DNA of 64,000 nucleotides from Bugula neritina (Eukaryota > Animalia > Bryozoa): positions 12,385,801-12,449,800 of the forward strand of contig OZ037767.1 in NCBI GenBank assembly GCA_964035545.1, given 5' to 3'. The position numbers were made by a program, and so were the translations under genes. Each line of letters begins with the position of its first letter. Within the stretch, counting starts at the first letter, position 1. Below are positions 10,401 to 26,478 of this stretch, piece by piece. The notes below the pieces were generated by a model, which was given only the letters and a program-made list of their open reading frames with translations, made no database searches and was not told where the DNA came from.

Positions 10401-13400
10401 TTGAAGAAGGCCTACGGTCCTTACAGTATACATACTGGAGGTACTGTGCTTTGAACTCAAAAACAAAAAAGAGAATATATGACTTGCAAAACTAACGAAT
10501 CACTTTGTGATGACTCCAGACCCTATTGACAGTGTGCCTCAGTAATGTCTGTTCAGTGCAAACTATGGACAGCAAAGTTGTCAGGCAATAAAGATACAAA
10601 CAATTCTGCAAACCCTTTTCATAAAGGTTTTGTGATGAAAGAGTATCCAGACCCTGTAATGGCTATACAACTGGAGGGAAGGAATATACTCGTTTTTCAA
10701 TAGCAACAAAGCATGTTCAGAACTTGTAGACAGAAACACACTCATGACACATTAAACAATCTGTAACAAGTCTTGCTCATTATAACAGACAAATGTTATG
10801 ACATACTCCTTTCGTTTAGGAGATATATCAACTACTACTCCTACAAAAACAATAAAGAGGTAAAAGACAGCACTGCTCAATTTGATTTCATTTCATTCAA
10901 TTCATTGTAACGCTATCAATGGGCTGCACTTTTGGTCACACCCAGCTAACTGCTCTTGGAAAACTACTCATTTCGCCAATTGTGACATTATGTGAACTCA
11001 CTGTTAGTTTTTAACTTTGAATCAAAAAATGATAAAGTAATTGTAAATCTGTTTACAGTCGTCAAAGCGGCTGATCCTTAATTTCAACACTGGGTTTAGG
11101 TGATGGAAGAATCCCAAGACAAGTTTGGTACTACGCTAGACAATAGGCTGCTGGCACCGGAAAATGTGAACATGTGTGCATTTAACAGATGAAGCTAAAA
11201 CATGTATACATCTTATATTTAGTGAAAATTGAATATGCATCACTTTTCTATGTGAGAACATTGCTGGATAGTGAAAATAACTAGAAATGTAGAAGTTCGG
11301 GAGTTGTCTCTCCTGTGTTTTTGGTTTTGTGTTCTTGACTTGTCAGGCTGCAAATATTTGAAAAATCACAACTGCAAATACATTTGTTGGTGTAGCAAAA
11401 TTATTAAACCCATCAACCTTTGCGATCTGAGGAACGAAAGACGGATACTGCAACTTACACACCTTTCTATTATGAATTTAGAGATATACATTGTTTTGTC
11501 GACCCTTCTGGCAACCAATATTAAGTGCATTGCTCGTTTTCCACGCTTTATATCCACTTATTTTACATTTTCTCAATCAACTAAACACAGGTAAGCAGAG
11601 TTGCTAACTGGTTGCATGGTATTCAGGCAGTCGAACTTCTTGTCACTCAATCGTTGAAGATTGATGCTTGATGAAGGCCTACGGTCCTTACAGTATACAT
11701 ACTGGAGGTACTGTGCTTTGAACTCAAAAACAAAAAAGAGAATATATGACTTGCAAAACTAACGAATCACATTGTGATGACTCCAGACCCTATTGACAGT
11801 GTGCCTCAGTAATGTCTGTTCAGTGCAAACTATGGACAGCAAAGTTGTCTGGCAATAACGATACAAACAATTCTGCAAACCCTTTTCATAAAGGTTTTGT
11901 GATGAAAGAGTATCCAGACCCTGTAATGGCTATACAACTGGAGGGAAGGAATATACTCGTTTTTCAATAGCAACAAAGCATGTTCAGAACTTGTAGACAG
12001 AAACACACTCATGACACATTAAACAATCTGTAACAAGTCTTGCTCATTATAACAGACAAATGTTATAACATACTCCTTTCGTTTAGGAGATATATCAACT
12101 ACTACTCCTACAAAAACAATAAAGAGGTAAAAGACAGCACTGCTCAGTTTGATTTCATTTCATTCAATTCATTGTAACGCTATCAATGGGCTGCACTTTT
12201 GGTCACACCCGGCTAACTGCTCTTGGAAAATTACTCATTTCGCCAATTGTGACATTATGTGAACTCACTGTTAGTTTTTAACTTTGAATCAAAAAATGAT
12301 AAAGTAATTGTAAATCTGTTTACAGTCGTCAAAGCGGCTGATCTTTAATTTCAACACTGGGTTTAGGTGATGGAAGAATCCCAAGACAAGTTTGGTACTA
12401 CGCTAGACAATAGGCTGCTGGCACCGGAAAATGTGAACATGTGTGCATTTAACAGATGAAGCTAAAACATGTATACATCTTATATTTAGTGAAAATCGAA
12501 TATGCATCACTTTTCTATGTGAGAACATTGCTGGATAGTGAAAATAACTAGAAATGTAGAAGTTCGGGAGTTGTCTCTCCTGTGTTTTTGGTTTTGTGTT
12601 CTTGACTTGTCAGGCTGCAAATATGTGAAAAATCACAACTGCAAATACATTTGTTGGTGTAGCAAAAATTATTAAACCCATCAACCTTTGCGATCTGAGG
12701 AACGAAAGACGGATACTGCAACTTACACACCTTTCTATTATGAATTTAGAGATATACATTGTTTTGTCAACCCTTCTGGCAACCAATATTAAGTGCATTG
12801 CTCGTTTTCCACGCTTTATATCCACTTATTTTACATTTTCTCAATCAACTAAACACAGGTAAGCAGAGTTGCTAACTGGTTGCATGGTATTCAGGCAGTC
12901 GCACTTCTTGTCACTCAATTGTTGACGATTGATGCTTGAAGAAGGCCTACGGTCCTTACAGTATACATACTGGAGGTACTGTGCTTTGAACTCAAAAACA
13001 AAAAAGAGAATATATGACTTGCAAAACTAACGAATCACATTGTGATGACTCCAGACCCTATTGACAGTGTGCCTCAGTAATGTCTGTTCAGTGCAAACTA
13101 TGGACAGCAAAGTTGTCAGGCAATAATGATACAAACAATTCTGCAAACCCTTTTCATAAAGGTTTTGTGATGAAAGAGTATCCAGACCCTGTAATGGCTA
13201 TACAACTGGAGGGAAGGAATATACTCGTTTTTCAATAGCAACAAAGCATGTTCAGAACTTGTAGACAGAAACACACTCATGACACATTAAACAATCTGTA
13301 ACAAGTCTTGCTCATTATAACAGACAAATGTTATAACATACTCCTTTCGTTTAGGAGATATATCAACTACTACTCCTACAAAAACAATAAAGAGGTAAAA

Positions 13401-16400
13401 GACAGCACTGCTCAGTTTGATTTCATTTCATTCAATTCAATGTAACACTATCAATGGGCTGCACTTTTGGTCACACCCAGCTAACTGCTCTTGGAAAATT
13501 ACTCATTTCGCCAATTGTGACATTATGTGAACTCACTGTTAGTTTTTAACTTTGAATCAAAAAATGATAAAGTAATTGTAAATCTGTTTACAGTCGTCAA
13601 AGCGGCTGATCCTTAATTTCAACACTGGGTTTAGGTGATGGAAGAGTCCCAAGACAAGTTTGGTACTACGCTAGACAATAGGTTGCTGGCACCGGAAAAT
13701 GTGAACATGTGTGCATTTAACAGATGAAGCTAAAACATGTATACATCTTATATTTAGTGAAAATTGAATATGCATCACTTTTCTATGTGAGAACATTGCT
13801 GGATAGTGAAAATAACTAGAAATGTAGAAGTTCAGGAGTTGTCTCTCCTGTGTTTTTGGTTTTGTGTTCTTGACTTGTCAGGCTGCAAATATTTGAAAAA
13901 TCACAACTGCAAATACATTTGTTGGTGTAGCAAAATTATTAAACCCATCAACCTTTGCGATCTGAGGAACGAAAGACGGATACTGCAACTTACACACCTT
14001 TCTATTATGAATTTAGAGATATACATTGTTTTGTCGACCCTTCTGGCAACCAATATTAAGTGCATTGCTCGTTTTCCACGCTTTATATCCACTTATTTTA
14101 CATTTTCTCAATCAACTAAACACAGGTAAGCAGAGTTGCTAACTGGTTGCATGGTATTCAGGCAGTCGCACTTCTTGTCACTCAATCGTTGAAGATTGAT
14201 GCTTGATGAAGGCCTACGGTCCTTACAGTATACATACTGGAGGTACTGTGCTTTGAACTCAAAAACAAAAAAGAGAATATATGACTTGCAAAACTAACGA
14301 ATCACATTGTGATGACTCCAGACCCTATTGACAGTGTGCCTCAGTAATGTCTGTTCAGTGCAAACTATGGACAGCAAAGTTGTCAGGCAATAATGATACA
14401 AACAATTCTGCAAACCCTTTTCATAAAGGTTTTGTGATGAAAGAGTATCCAGACCCTGTAATGGCTATACAACTGGAGGGAAGGAATATACTCGTTTTTC
14501 AATAGCTACAAAGCATGTTCAGAACTTGTAGACAGAAACACACTCATGACACATTAAACAATCTGTAACAAGTCTTGTTCATTATAACAGACAAATGTTA
14601 TAACATACTCCTTTCGTTTAGGAGATATATCAACTACTACTCCTACAAAAACAATAAAGAGGTAAAAGACAGCACTGCTCAATTTGATTTCATTTCATTC
14701 AATTCATTGTAACGCTATCAATGGGCTGCACTTTTGGTCACACCTGGCTAACTGCTCTTGGAAAACTACTCATTTCGCCAATTGTGACATTATGTGAACT
14801 CACTGTTAGTTTTTAACTTTGAATCAAAAAATGATAAAGTAATTGTAAATCTGTTTACAGTCGTCAAAGCGGCTGATCCTTAATTTCAACACTGGGTTTA
14901 GGTGATGGAAGAATCCCAAGACAAGTTTGGTACTACGCTAGACAATAGGCTGCTGGCACCGGAAAATGTGAACATGTGTGCATTTAACAGATGAAGCTAA
15001 AACATGTATACATCTAATATTTAGTGAAAATTGAATATGCATCACTTTTCTATGTGAGAACATTGCTGGATAGTGAAAATAACTAGAAATGTAGAAGTTC
15101 GGGAGTTGTCTCTCCTGTGTTTTTGGTTTTGTGTTCTTGACTTGTCAGGCTGCAAATATTTGAAAAATCACAACTGCAAATACATTTGTTGGTGTAGCAA
15201 AATTATTAAACCCATCAACCTTTGCGATCTGAGGAACGAAAGACGGATACTGCAACTTACACACCTTTCTATTATGAATTTAGAGATATACATTGTTTTG
15301 TCGACCCTTCTGGCAACCAATATTAAGTGCATTGCTCGTTTTCCACGCTTTATATCCACTTATTTTACATTTTCTCAATCAACTAAACACAGGTAAGCAG
15401 AGTTGCTAACTGGTTGCATGGTATTCAGGCAGTCGCACTTCTTGTCACTCAATTGTTGACGATTGATGCTTGAAGAAGGCCTACGGTCCTTACAGTATAC
15501 ATACTGGAGGTACTGTGCTTTGAACTCAAAAACAAAAAAGAGAATATATGACTTGCAAAACTAACGAATCACTTTGTGATGACTCCAGACCCTATTGACA
15601 GTGTGCCTCAGTAATGTCTGTTCAGTGCAAACTATGGACAGCAAAGTTGTCAGGCAATAAAGATACAAACAATTCTGCAAACCCTTTTCATAAAGGTTTT
15701 GTGATGAAAGAGTATCCAGACCCTGTAATGGCTATACAACTGGAGGGAAGGAATATACTCGTTTTTCAATAGCAACAAAGCATGTTCAGAACTTGTAGAC
15801 AGAAACACACTCATGACACATTAAACAATCTGTAACAAGTCTTGCTCATTATAACAGACAAATGTTATGACATACTCCTTTCGTTTAGGAGATATATCAA
15901 CTACTACTCCTACAAAAACAATAAAGAGGTAAAAGACAGCACTGCTCAATTTGATTTCATTTCATTCAATTCATTGTAACGCTATCAATGGGCTGCACTT
16001 TTGGTCACACCCAGCTAACTGCTCTTGGAAAACTACTCATTTCGCCAATTGTGACATTATGTGAACTCACTGTTAGTTTTTAACTTTGAATCAAAAAATG
16101 ATAAAGTAATTGTAAATCTGTTTACAGTCGTCAAAGCGGCTGATCCTTAATTTCAACACTGGGTTTAGGTGATGGAAGAATCCCAAGACAAGTTTGGTAC
16201 TACGCTAGACAATAGGCTGCTGGCACCGGAAAATGTGAACATGTGTGCATTTAACAGATGAAGCTAAAACATGTATACATCTTATATTTAGTGAAAATTG
16301 AATATGCATCACTTTTCTATGTGAGAACATTGCTGGATAGTGAAAATAACTAGAAATGTAGAAGTTCGGGAGTTGTCTCTCCTGTGTTTTTGGTTTTGTG

Positions 16401-17606
16401 TTCTTGACTTGTCAGGCTGCAAATATTTGAAAAATCACAACTGCAAATACATTTGTTGGTGTAGCAAAATTATTAAACCCATCAACCTTTGCGATCTGAG
16501 GAACGAAAGACGGATACTGCAACTTACACACCTTTCTATTATGAATTTAGAGATATACATTGTTTTGTCGACCCTTCTGGCAACCAATATTAAGTGCATT
16601 GCTCGTTTTCCACGCTTTATATCCACTTATTTTACATTTTCTCAATCAACTAAACACAGGTAAGCAGAGTTGCTAACTGGTTGCATGGTATTCAGGCAGT
16701 CGAACTTCTTGTCACTCAATCGTTGAAGATTGATGCTTGATGAAGGCCTACGGTCCTTACAGTATACATACTGGAGGTACTGTGCTTTGAACTCAAAAAC
16801 AAAAAAGAGAATATATGACTTGCAAAACTAACGAATCACATTGTGATGACTCCAGACCCTATTGACAGTGTGCCTCAGTAATGTCTGTTCAGTGCAAACT
16901 ATGGACAGCAAAGTTGTCTGGCAATAACGATACAAACAATTCTGCAAACCCTTTTCATAAAGGTTTTGTGATGAAAGAGTATCCAGACCCTGTAATGGCT
17001 ATACAACTGGAGGGAAGGAATATACTCGTTTTTCAATAGCAACAAAGCATGTTCAGAACTTGTAGACAGAAACACACTCATGACACATTAAACAATCTGT
17101 AACAAGTCTTGCTCATTATAACAGACAAATGTTATAACATACTCCTTTCGTTTAGGAGATATATCAACTACTACTCCTACAAAAACAATAAAGAGGTAAA
17201 AGACAGCACTGCTCAGTTTGATTTCATTTCATTCAATTCATTGTAACGCTATCAATGGGCTGCACTTTTGGTCACACCCGGCTAACTGCTCTTGGAAAAT
17301 TACTCATTTCGCCAATTGTGACATTATGTGAACTCACTGTTAGTTTTTAACTTTGAATCAAAAAATGATAAAGTAATTGTAAATCTGTTTACAGTCGTCA
17401 AAGCGGCTGATCTTTAATTTCAACACTGGGTTTAGGTGATGGAAGAATCCCAAGACAAGTTTGGTACTACGCTAGACAATAGGCTGCTGGCACCGGAAAA
17501 TGTGAACATGTGTGCATTTAACAGATGAAGCTAAAACATGTATACATCTTATATTTAGTGAAAATTGAATATGCATCACTTTTCTATGTGAGAACATTGC
17601 TGGATA
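7469..17606. repeat. Higher-order duplication, 4-monomer unit (5069 bp) x2: u6-u9 / u10-u13, with u14 starting a third
   Basis: Diagnostic variants recur in the same order at +5069: A5 copy (7469/12538/17607), GTTCAG copy (8737/13806), CACTTTGTG copy (10004/15073), and GTCGAAC + TCTGGCAATAACG copy (11271/16340, giving the minus ORFs at 11830 and 16899). Boundaries are approximate. Confidence 0.9.
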
Positions 17607-18874
17607 GTGAAAATAACTAGAAATGTAGAAGTTCGGGAGTTGTCTCTCCTGTGTTTTTGGTTTTGTGTTCTTGACTTGTCAGGCTGCAAATATGTGAAAA
17701 ATCACAACTGCAAATACATTTGTTGGTGTAGCAAAAATTATTAAACCCATCAACCTTTGCGATCTGAGGAACGAAAGACGGATACTGCAACTTACACACC
17801 TTTCTATTATGAATTTAGAGATATACATTGTTTTGTCAACCCTTCTGGCAACCAATATTAAGTGCATTGCTCGTTTTCCACGCTTTATATCCACTTATTT
17901 TACATTTTCTCAATCAACTAAACACAGGTAAGCAGAGTTGCTAACTGGTTGCATGGTATTCAGGCAGTCGCACTTCTTGTCACTCAATTGTTGACGATTG
18001 ATGCTTGAAGAAGGCCTACGGTCCTTACAGTATACATACTGGAGGTACTGTGCTTTGAACTCAAAAACAAAAAAGAGAATATATGACTTGCAAAACTAAC
18101 GAATCACATTGTGATGACTCCAGACCCTATTGACAGTGTGCCTCAGTAATGTCTGTTCAGTGCAAACTATGGACAGCAAAGTTGTCAGGCAATAATGATA
18201 CAAACAATTCTGCAAACCCTTTTCATAAAGGTTTTGTGATGAAAGAGTATCCAGACCCTGTAATGGCTATACAACTGGAGGGAAGGAATATACTAGTTTT
18301 TCAATAGCAACAAAGCATGTTCAGAACTTGTAGACAGAAACACACTCATGACACATTAAACAATCTGTAACAAGTCTTGCTCATTATAACAGACAAATGT
18401 TATAACATACTCCTTTCGTTTAGGAGATATATCAACTACTACTCCTACAAAAACAATAAAGAGGTAAAAGACAGCACTGCTCAGTTTGATTTCATTTCAT
18501 TCAATTCAATGTAACACTATCAATGGGCTGCACTTTTGGTCACACCCAGCTAACTGCTCTTGGAAAATTACTCATTTCGCCAATTGTGACATTATGTGAA
18601 CTCACTGTTAGTTTTTAACTTTGAATCAAAAAATGATAAAGTAATTGTAAATCTGTTTACAGTCGTCAAAGCGGCTGATCCTTAATTTCAGCACTGGGTT
18701 TAGGTGATGGAAGAGTCCCAAGACAAGTTTGGTACTACGCTAGACAATAGGCTGCTGGCACCGGAAAATGTGAACATGTGTGCATTTAACAGATGAAGCT
18801 AAAACATGTATACATCTTATATTTAGTGAAAATTGAATATGCATCACTTTTCTATGTGAGAACATTGCTGGATA

Positions 18875-21800
18875 GTGAAAATAACTAGAAATGTAGAAGT
18901 TCGGGAGTTGTCTCTCCTGTGTTTTTGGTTTTGTGTTCTTGACTTGTCAGGCTGCAAATATTTGAAAAATCACAACTGCAAATACATTTGTTGGTGTAGC
19001 AAAAATTATTAAACCCATCAACCTTTGCGATCTGAGGAACGAAAGACGGATACTGCAACTTACACACCTTTCTATTATGAATTTAGAGATATACATTGTT
19101 TTGTCAATCCTTCTGGCAACCAATATTAAGTGCATTGCTCGTTTTCCACGCTTTATATCCACTTATTTTACATTTTCTCAATCAACTAAACACAGGTAAG
19201 CAGAGTTGCTAACTGGTTGCATGGTATTCAGGCAGTCGCACTTCTTGTCACTCAATTGTTGACGATTGATGCTTGAAGAAGGCCTACGGTCCTTACAGTA
19301 TACATACTGGAGGTACTGTGCTTTGAACTCAAAAACAAAAAAGAGAATATATGACTTGCAAAACTAACGAATCACATTGTGATGACTCCAGACCCTATTG
19401 ACAGTGTGCCTCAGTAATGTCTGTTCAGTGCAAACTATGGACAGCAAAGTTGTCAGGCAATAATGATACAAACAATTCTGCAAACCCTTTTCATAAAGGT
19501 TTTGTGATGAAAGAGTATCCAGACCCTGTAATGGCTATACAACTGGAGGGAAGGAATATACTCGTTTTTCAATAGCAACAAAGCATGTTCAGAACTTGTA
19601 GACAGAAACACACTCATGACACATTAAACAATCTGTAACAAGTCTTGCTCATTATAACAGACAAATGTTATAACATACTCCTTTCGTTTAGGAGATATAT
19701 CAACTACTACTCCTACAAAAACAATAAAGAGGTAAAAGACAGCACTGCTCAGTTTGATTTCATTTCATTCAATTCAATGTAACACTATCAATGGGCTGCA
19801 CTTTTGGTCACACCCAGCTAACTGCTCTTGGAAAATTACTCATTTCGCCAATTGTGACATTATGTGAACTCACTGTTAGTTTTTAACTTTGAATCAAAAA
19901 ATGATAAAGTAATTGTAAATCTGTTTACAGTCGTCAAAGCGGCTGATCCTTAATTTCAGCACTGGGTTTAGGTGATGGAAGAGTCCCAAGACAAGTTTGG
20001 TACTACGCTAGACAATAGGCTGCTGGCACCGGAAAATGTGAACATGTGTGCATTTAACAGATGAAGCTAAAACATGTATACATCTTATATTTAGTGAAAA
20101 TTGAATATGCATCACTTTTCTATGTGAGAACATTGCTGGATAGTGAAAATAACTAGAAATGTAGAAGTTCGGGAGTTGTCTCTCCTGTGTTTTTGGTTTT
20201 GTGTTCTTGACTTGTCAGGCTGCAAATATTTGAAAAATCACAACTGCAAATACATTTGTTGGTGTAGCAAAATTATTAGACCCATCAACCTTTGCGATCT
20301 GAGGAATGAAAGATGGATACTGCAACTTACACACCTTTCTACTATGAATTTAGAGATATACATTGTTTTGTCAACCCTTCTGGCAACCAATATTAAGTGC
20401 ATTGCTGGTTTTCCACGCTTTATATCCACTTATTTTACATTTTCTCAATCAACTAAACACAGGTAAGCAGAGTTGCTAACTGGTTGCATGGTATTCAGGC
20501 AGTCGCACTTCTTGTCACTCAATCGTTGAAGATTGATGCTTGATGAAGGCCTACGGTCCTTACAGTATACATACTGGAGGTACTGTGCTTTGAACTCAAT
20601 AACAAAATAGAGAATATATGACTTGCAAAACTAACGAATCACATTGTGATGACTCCAGACCCTATTGACAGTGTGCCTCAGTAATGTCTGTTCAGTGCAA
20701 ACTATGGACAGCAAAGTTGTCAGGCAATAATGATACAAACAATTCTGCAAACCCTTTTCATAAAGGTTTTGTGATGAAAGAGTATCCAGACCCTGTAATG
20801 GCTATACAACTGGAGGGAAGGAATATACTCGTTTTTCAATAGCAACAAAGCATGTTCAGAACTTGTAGACAGAAACACACTCATGACACATTAAACAATC
20901 TGTAACAAGTCTTGCTCATTATAACAGACAAATGTTATAACATACTCCTTTCGTTTAGGAGATATATCAACTACTACTCCTACAAAAACAATAAAGAGGT
21001 AAAAGACAGCACTGCTCAGTTTGATTTCATTTCATTCAATTCATTGTAACGCCATCAATGGGCTGCACTTTTGGTCACACCTGGCTAACTGCTCTTGGAA
21101 AATTACTCATTTCGCCAATTGTGACATTATGTGAACTCACTGTTAGTTTTTAACTTTGAATCAAAAAATGATAAAGTAATTGTAAATCTGTTTACAGTCG
21201 TCAAAGCGGCTGATCCTTAATTTCAACACTGGGTTTAGGTGATGGAAGAATCCCAAGACAAGTTTGGTACTACGCTAGACAATAGGCTGCTGGCACCGGA
21301 AAATGTGAACATGTGTGTATTTAACAGATGAAGCTAAAACATGTATACATCTTATATTTAGTGAAAATTGAATATGCATCACTTTTCTATGTGAGAACAT
21401 TGCTGGATAGTGAAAATAACTAGAAATGTAGAAGTTCGGGAGTTGTCTCTCCTGTGTTTTTGGTTTTGTGTTCTTGACTTGTCAGGCTGCAAATATTTGA
21501 AAAATCACAACTGCAAATACATTGGTTGGTGTAGCAAAATTATTAAACCCATCAACCTTTGCGATCTGAGGAACGAAAGACGGATACTGCAACTTACACA
21601 CCTTTCTATTATGAATTTAGAGATATACATTGTTTTGTCAACCCTTCTGGCAACCAATATTAAGTGCATTGCTCGTTTTCCACGCTTTATATCCACTTAT
21701 TTTACATTTTCTCAATCAACTAAACACAGGTAAGCAGAGTTGCTAACTGGTTGCATGGTATTCAGGCAGTCGAACTTCTTGTCACTCAATCGTTGAAGAT

Positions 21801-24800
21801 TGATGCTTGATGAAGGCCTACGGTCCTTACAGTATACATACTGGAGGTACTGTGCTTTGAACTCAAAAACAAAAAAGAGAATATATGACTTGCAAAACTA
21901 ACGAATCACATTGTGATGACTCCAGACCCTATTGACAGTGTGCCTCAGTAATGTCTGTTCAGTGCAAACTATGGACAGCAAAGTTGTCAGGCAATAATGA
22001 TACAAACAATTCTGCAAACCCTTTTCATAAAGGTTTTGTGATGAAAGAGTATCCAGACCCTGTAATGGCTATACAACTGGAGGGAAGGAATATACTCGTT
22101 TTTCAATAGCAACAAAGCATGTTCAGAACTTGTAGACAGAAACACACTCATGACACATTAAACAATCTGTAACAAGTCTTGCTCATTATAACAGACAAAT
22201 GTTATAACATACTCCTTTCGTTTAGGAGATATATCAACTACTACTCCTACAAAAACAATAAAGAGGTAAAAGACAGCACTGCTCAGTTTGATTTCATTTC
22301 ATTCAATTCATTGTAACGCCATCAATGGGCTGCACTTTTGGTCACACCTGGCTAACTGCTCTTGGAAAATTACTCATTTCGCCAATTGTGACATTATGTG
22401 AACTCACTGTTAGTTTTTAACTTTGAATCAAAAAATGATAAAGTAATTGTAAATCTGTTTACAGTCGTCAAAGCGGCTGATCCTTAATTTCAACACTGGG
22501 TTTAGGTGATGGAAGAATCCCAAGACAAGTTTGGTACTACGCTAGACAATAGGCTGCTGGCACCGGAAAATGTGAACATGTGTGCATTTAACAGATGAAG
22601 CTAAAACATGTATACATCTTATATTTAGTGAAAATTGAATATGCATCACTTTTCTATGTGAGAACATTGCTGGATAGTGAAAATAACTAGAAATGTAGAA
22701 GTTCGGGAGTTGTCTCTCCTGTGTTTTTGGTTTTGTGTTCTTGACTTGTCAGGCTGCAAATATTTGAAAAATCACAACTGCAAATACATTTGTTGGTGTA
22801 GCAAAAATTATTAAACCCATCAACCTTTGCGATCTGAGGAACGAAAGACGGATACTGCAACTTACACACCTTTCTATTATGAATTTAGAGATATACATTG
22901 TTTTGTCAATCCTTCTGGCAACCAATATTAAGTGCATTGCTCGTTTTCCACGCTTTATATCCACTTATTTTACATTTTCTCAATCAACTAAACACAGGTA
23001 AGCAGAGTTGCTAACTGGTTGCATGGTATTCAGGCAGTCGCACTTCTTGTCACTCAATTGTTGACGATTGATGCTTGAAGAAGGCCTACGGTCCTTACAG
23101 TATACATACTGGAGGTACTGTGCTTTGAACTCAAAAACAAAAAAGAGAATATATGACTTGCAAAACTAACGAATCACATTGTGATGACTCCAGACCCTAT
23201 TGACAGTGTGCCTCAGTAATGTCTGTTCAGTGCAAACTATGGACAGCAAAGTTGTCAGGCAATAATGATACAAACAATTCTGCAAACCCTTTTCATAAAG
23301 GTTTTGTGATGAAAGAGTATCCAGACCCTGTAATGGCTATACAACTGGAGGGAAGGAATATACTCGTTTTTCAATAGCAACAAAGCATGTTCAGAACTTG
23401 TAGACAGAAACACACTCATGACACATTAAACAATCTGTAACAAGTCTTGCTCATTATAACAGACAAATGTTATAACATACTCCTTTCGTTTAGGAGATAT
23501 ATCAACTACTACTCCTACAAAAACAATAAAGAGGTAAAAGACAGCACTGCTCAGTTTGATTTCATTTCATTCAATTCAATGTAACACTATCAATGGGCTG
23601 CACTTTTGGTCACACCCAGCTAACTGCTCTTGGAAAATTACTCATTTCGCCAATTGTGACATTATGTGAACTCACTGTTAGTTTTTAACTTTGAATCAAA
23701 AAATGATAAAGTAATTGTAAATCTGTTTACAGTCGTCAAAGCGGCTGATCCTTAATTTCAGCACTGGGTTTAGGTGATGGAAGAGTCCCAAGACAAGTTT
23801 GGTACTACGCTAGACAATAGGCTGCTGGCACCGGAAAATGTGAACATGTGTGCATTTAACAGATGAAGCTAAAACATGTATACATCTTATATTTAGTGAA
23901 AATTGAATATGCATCACTTTTCTATGTGAGAACATTGCTGGATAGTGAAAATAACTAGAAATGTAGAAGTTCGAGAGTTGTCTCTCCTGTGTTTTTGGTT
24001 TTGTGTTCTTGACTTGTCAGGCTGCAAATATTTGAAAAATCACAACTGCAAATACATTTGTTGGTGTAGCAAAATTATTAGACCCATCAACCTTTGCGAT
24101 CTGAGGAATGAAAGATGGATACTGCAACTTACACACCTTTCTACTATGAATTTAGAGATATACATTGTTTTGTCAACCCTTCTGGCAACCAATATTAAGT
24201 GCATTGCTGGTTTTCCACGCTTTATATCCACTTATTTTACATTTTCTCAATCAACTAAACACAGGTAAGCAGAGTTGCTAACTGGTTGCATGGTATTCAG
24301 GCAGTCGCACTTCTTGTCACTCAATCGTTGAAGATTGATGCTTGATGAAGGCCTACGGTCCTTACAGTATACATACTGGAGGTACTGTGCTTTGAACTCA
24401 ATAACAAAATAGAGAATATATGACTTGCAAAACTAACGAATCACATTGTGATGACTCCAGACCCTATTGACAGTGTGCCTCAGTAATGTCTGTTCAGTGC
24501 AAACTATGGACAGCAAAGTTGTCAGGCAATAATGATACAAACAATTCTGCAAACCCTTTTCATAAAGGTTTTGTGATGAAAGAGTATCCAGACCCTGTAA
24601 TGGCTATACAACTGGAGGGAAGGAATATACTCGTTTTTCAATAGCAACAAAGCATGTTCAGAACTTGTAGACAGAAACACACTCATGACACATTAAACAA
24701 TCTGTAACAAGTCTTGCTCATTATAACAGACAAATGTTATAACATACTCCTTTCGTTTAGGAGATATATCAACTACTACTCCTACAAAAACAATAAAGAG

Positions 24801-26478
24801 GTAAAAGACAGCACTGCTCAGTTTGATTTCATTTCATTCAATTCATTGTAACGCCATCAATGGGCTGCACTTTTGGTCACACCTGGCTAACTGCTCTTGG
24901 AAAATTACTCATTTCGCCAATTGTGACATTATGTGAACTCACTGTTAGTTTTTAACTTTGAATCAAAAAATGATAAAGTAATTGTAAATCTGTTTACAGT
25001 CGTCAAAGCGGCTGATCCTTAATTTCAACACTGGGTTTAGGTGATGGAAGAATCCCAAGACAAGTTTGGTACTACGCTAGACAATAGGCTGCTGGCACCG
25101 GAAAATGTGAACATGTGTGTATTTAACAGATGAAGCTAAAACATGTATACATCTTATATTTAGTGAAAATTGAATATGCATCACTTTTCTATGTGAGAAC
25201 ATTGCTGGATAGTGAAAATAACTAGAAATGTAGAAGTTCGGGAGTTGTCTCTCCTGTGTTTTTGGTTTTGTGTTCTTGACTTGTCAGGCTGCAAATATTT
25301 GAAAAATCACAACTGCAAATACATTGGTTGGTGTAGCAAAATTATTAAACCCATCAACCTTTGCGATCTGAGGAACGAAAGACGGATACTGCAACTTACA
25401 CACCTTTCTATTATGAATTTAGAGATATACATTGTTTTGTCAACCCTTCTGGCAACCAATATTAAGTGCATTGCTCGTTTTCCACGCTTTATATCCACTT
25501 ATTTTACATTTTCTCAATCAACTAAACACAGGTAAGCAGAGTTGCTAACTGGTTGCATGGTATTCAGGCAGTCGAACTTCTTGTCACTCAATCGTTGAAG
25601 ATTGATGCTTGATGAAGGCCTACGGTCCTTACAGTATACATACTGGAGGTACTGTGCTTTGAACTCAAAAACAAAAAAGAGAATATATGACTTGCAAAAC
25701 TAACGAATCACATTGTGATGACTCCAGACCCTATTGACAGTGTGCCTCAGTAATGTCTGTTCAGTGCAAACTATGGACAGCAAAGTTGTCAGGCAATAAT
25801 GATACAAACAATTCTGCAAACCCTTTTCATAAAGGTTTTGTGATGAAAGAGTATCCAGACCCTGTAATGGCTATACAACTGGAGGGAAGGAATATACTCG
25901 TTTTTCAATAGCAACAAAGCATGTTCAGAACTTGTAGACAGAAACACACTCATGACACATTAAACAATCTGTAACAAGTCTTGCTCATTATAACAGACAA
26001 ATGTTATAACATACTCCTTTCGTTTAGGAGATATATCAACTACTACTCCTACAAAAACAATAAAGAGGTAAAAGACAGCACTGCTCAGTTTGATTTCATT
26101 TCATTCAATTCATTGTAACGCCATCAATGGGCTGCACTTTTGGTCACACCTGGCTAACTGCTCTTGGAAAATTACTCATTTCGCCAATTGTGACATTATG
26201 TGAACTCACTGTTAGTTTTTAACTTTGAATCAAAAAATGATAAAGTAATTGTAAATCTGTTTACAGTCGTCAAAGCGGCTGATCCTTAATTTCAACACTG
26301 GGTTTAGGTGATGGAAGAATCCCAAGACAAGTTTGGTACTACGCTAGACAATAGGCTGCTGGCACCGGAAAATGTGAACATGTGTGTATTTAACAGATGA
26401 AGCTAAAACATGTATACATCTTATATTTAGTGAAAATTGAATATGCATCACTTTTCTATGTGAGAACATTGCTGGATA
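18875..26478. repeat. Higher-order duplication, 3-monomer unit (3802 bp) x2: u15-u17 / u18-u20
   Basis: Matching pairs at +3802: A5 + GTCAATCC copy (18875/22677), AGACCC/AATGAA/GATGG/GCTGGT copy (20143/23945) and ATTGGTTGG copy (21410/25212). Confidence 0.92.
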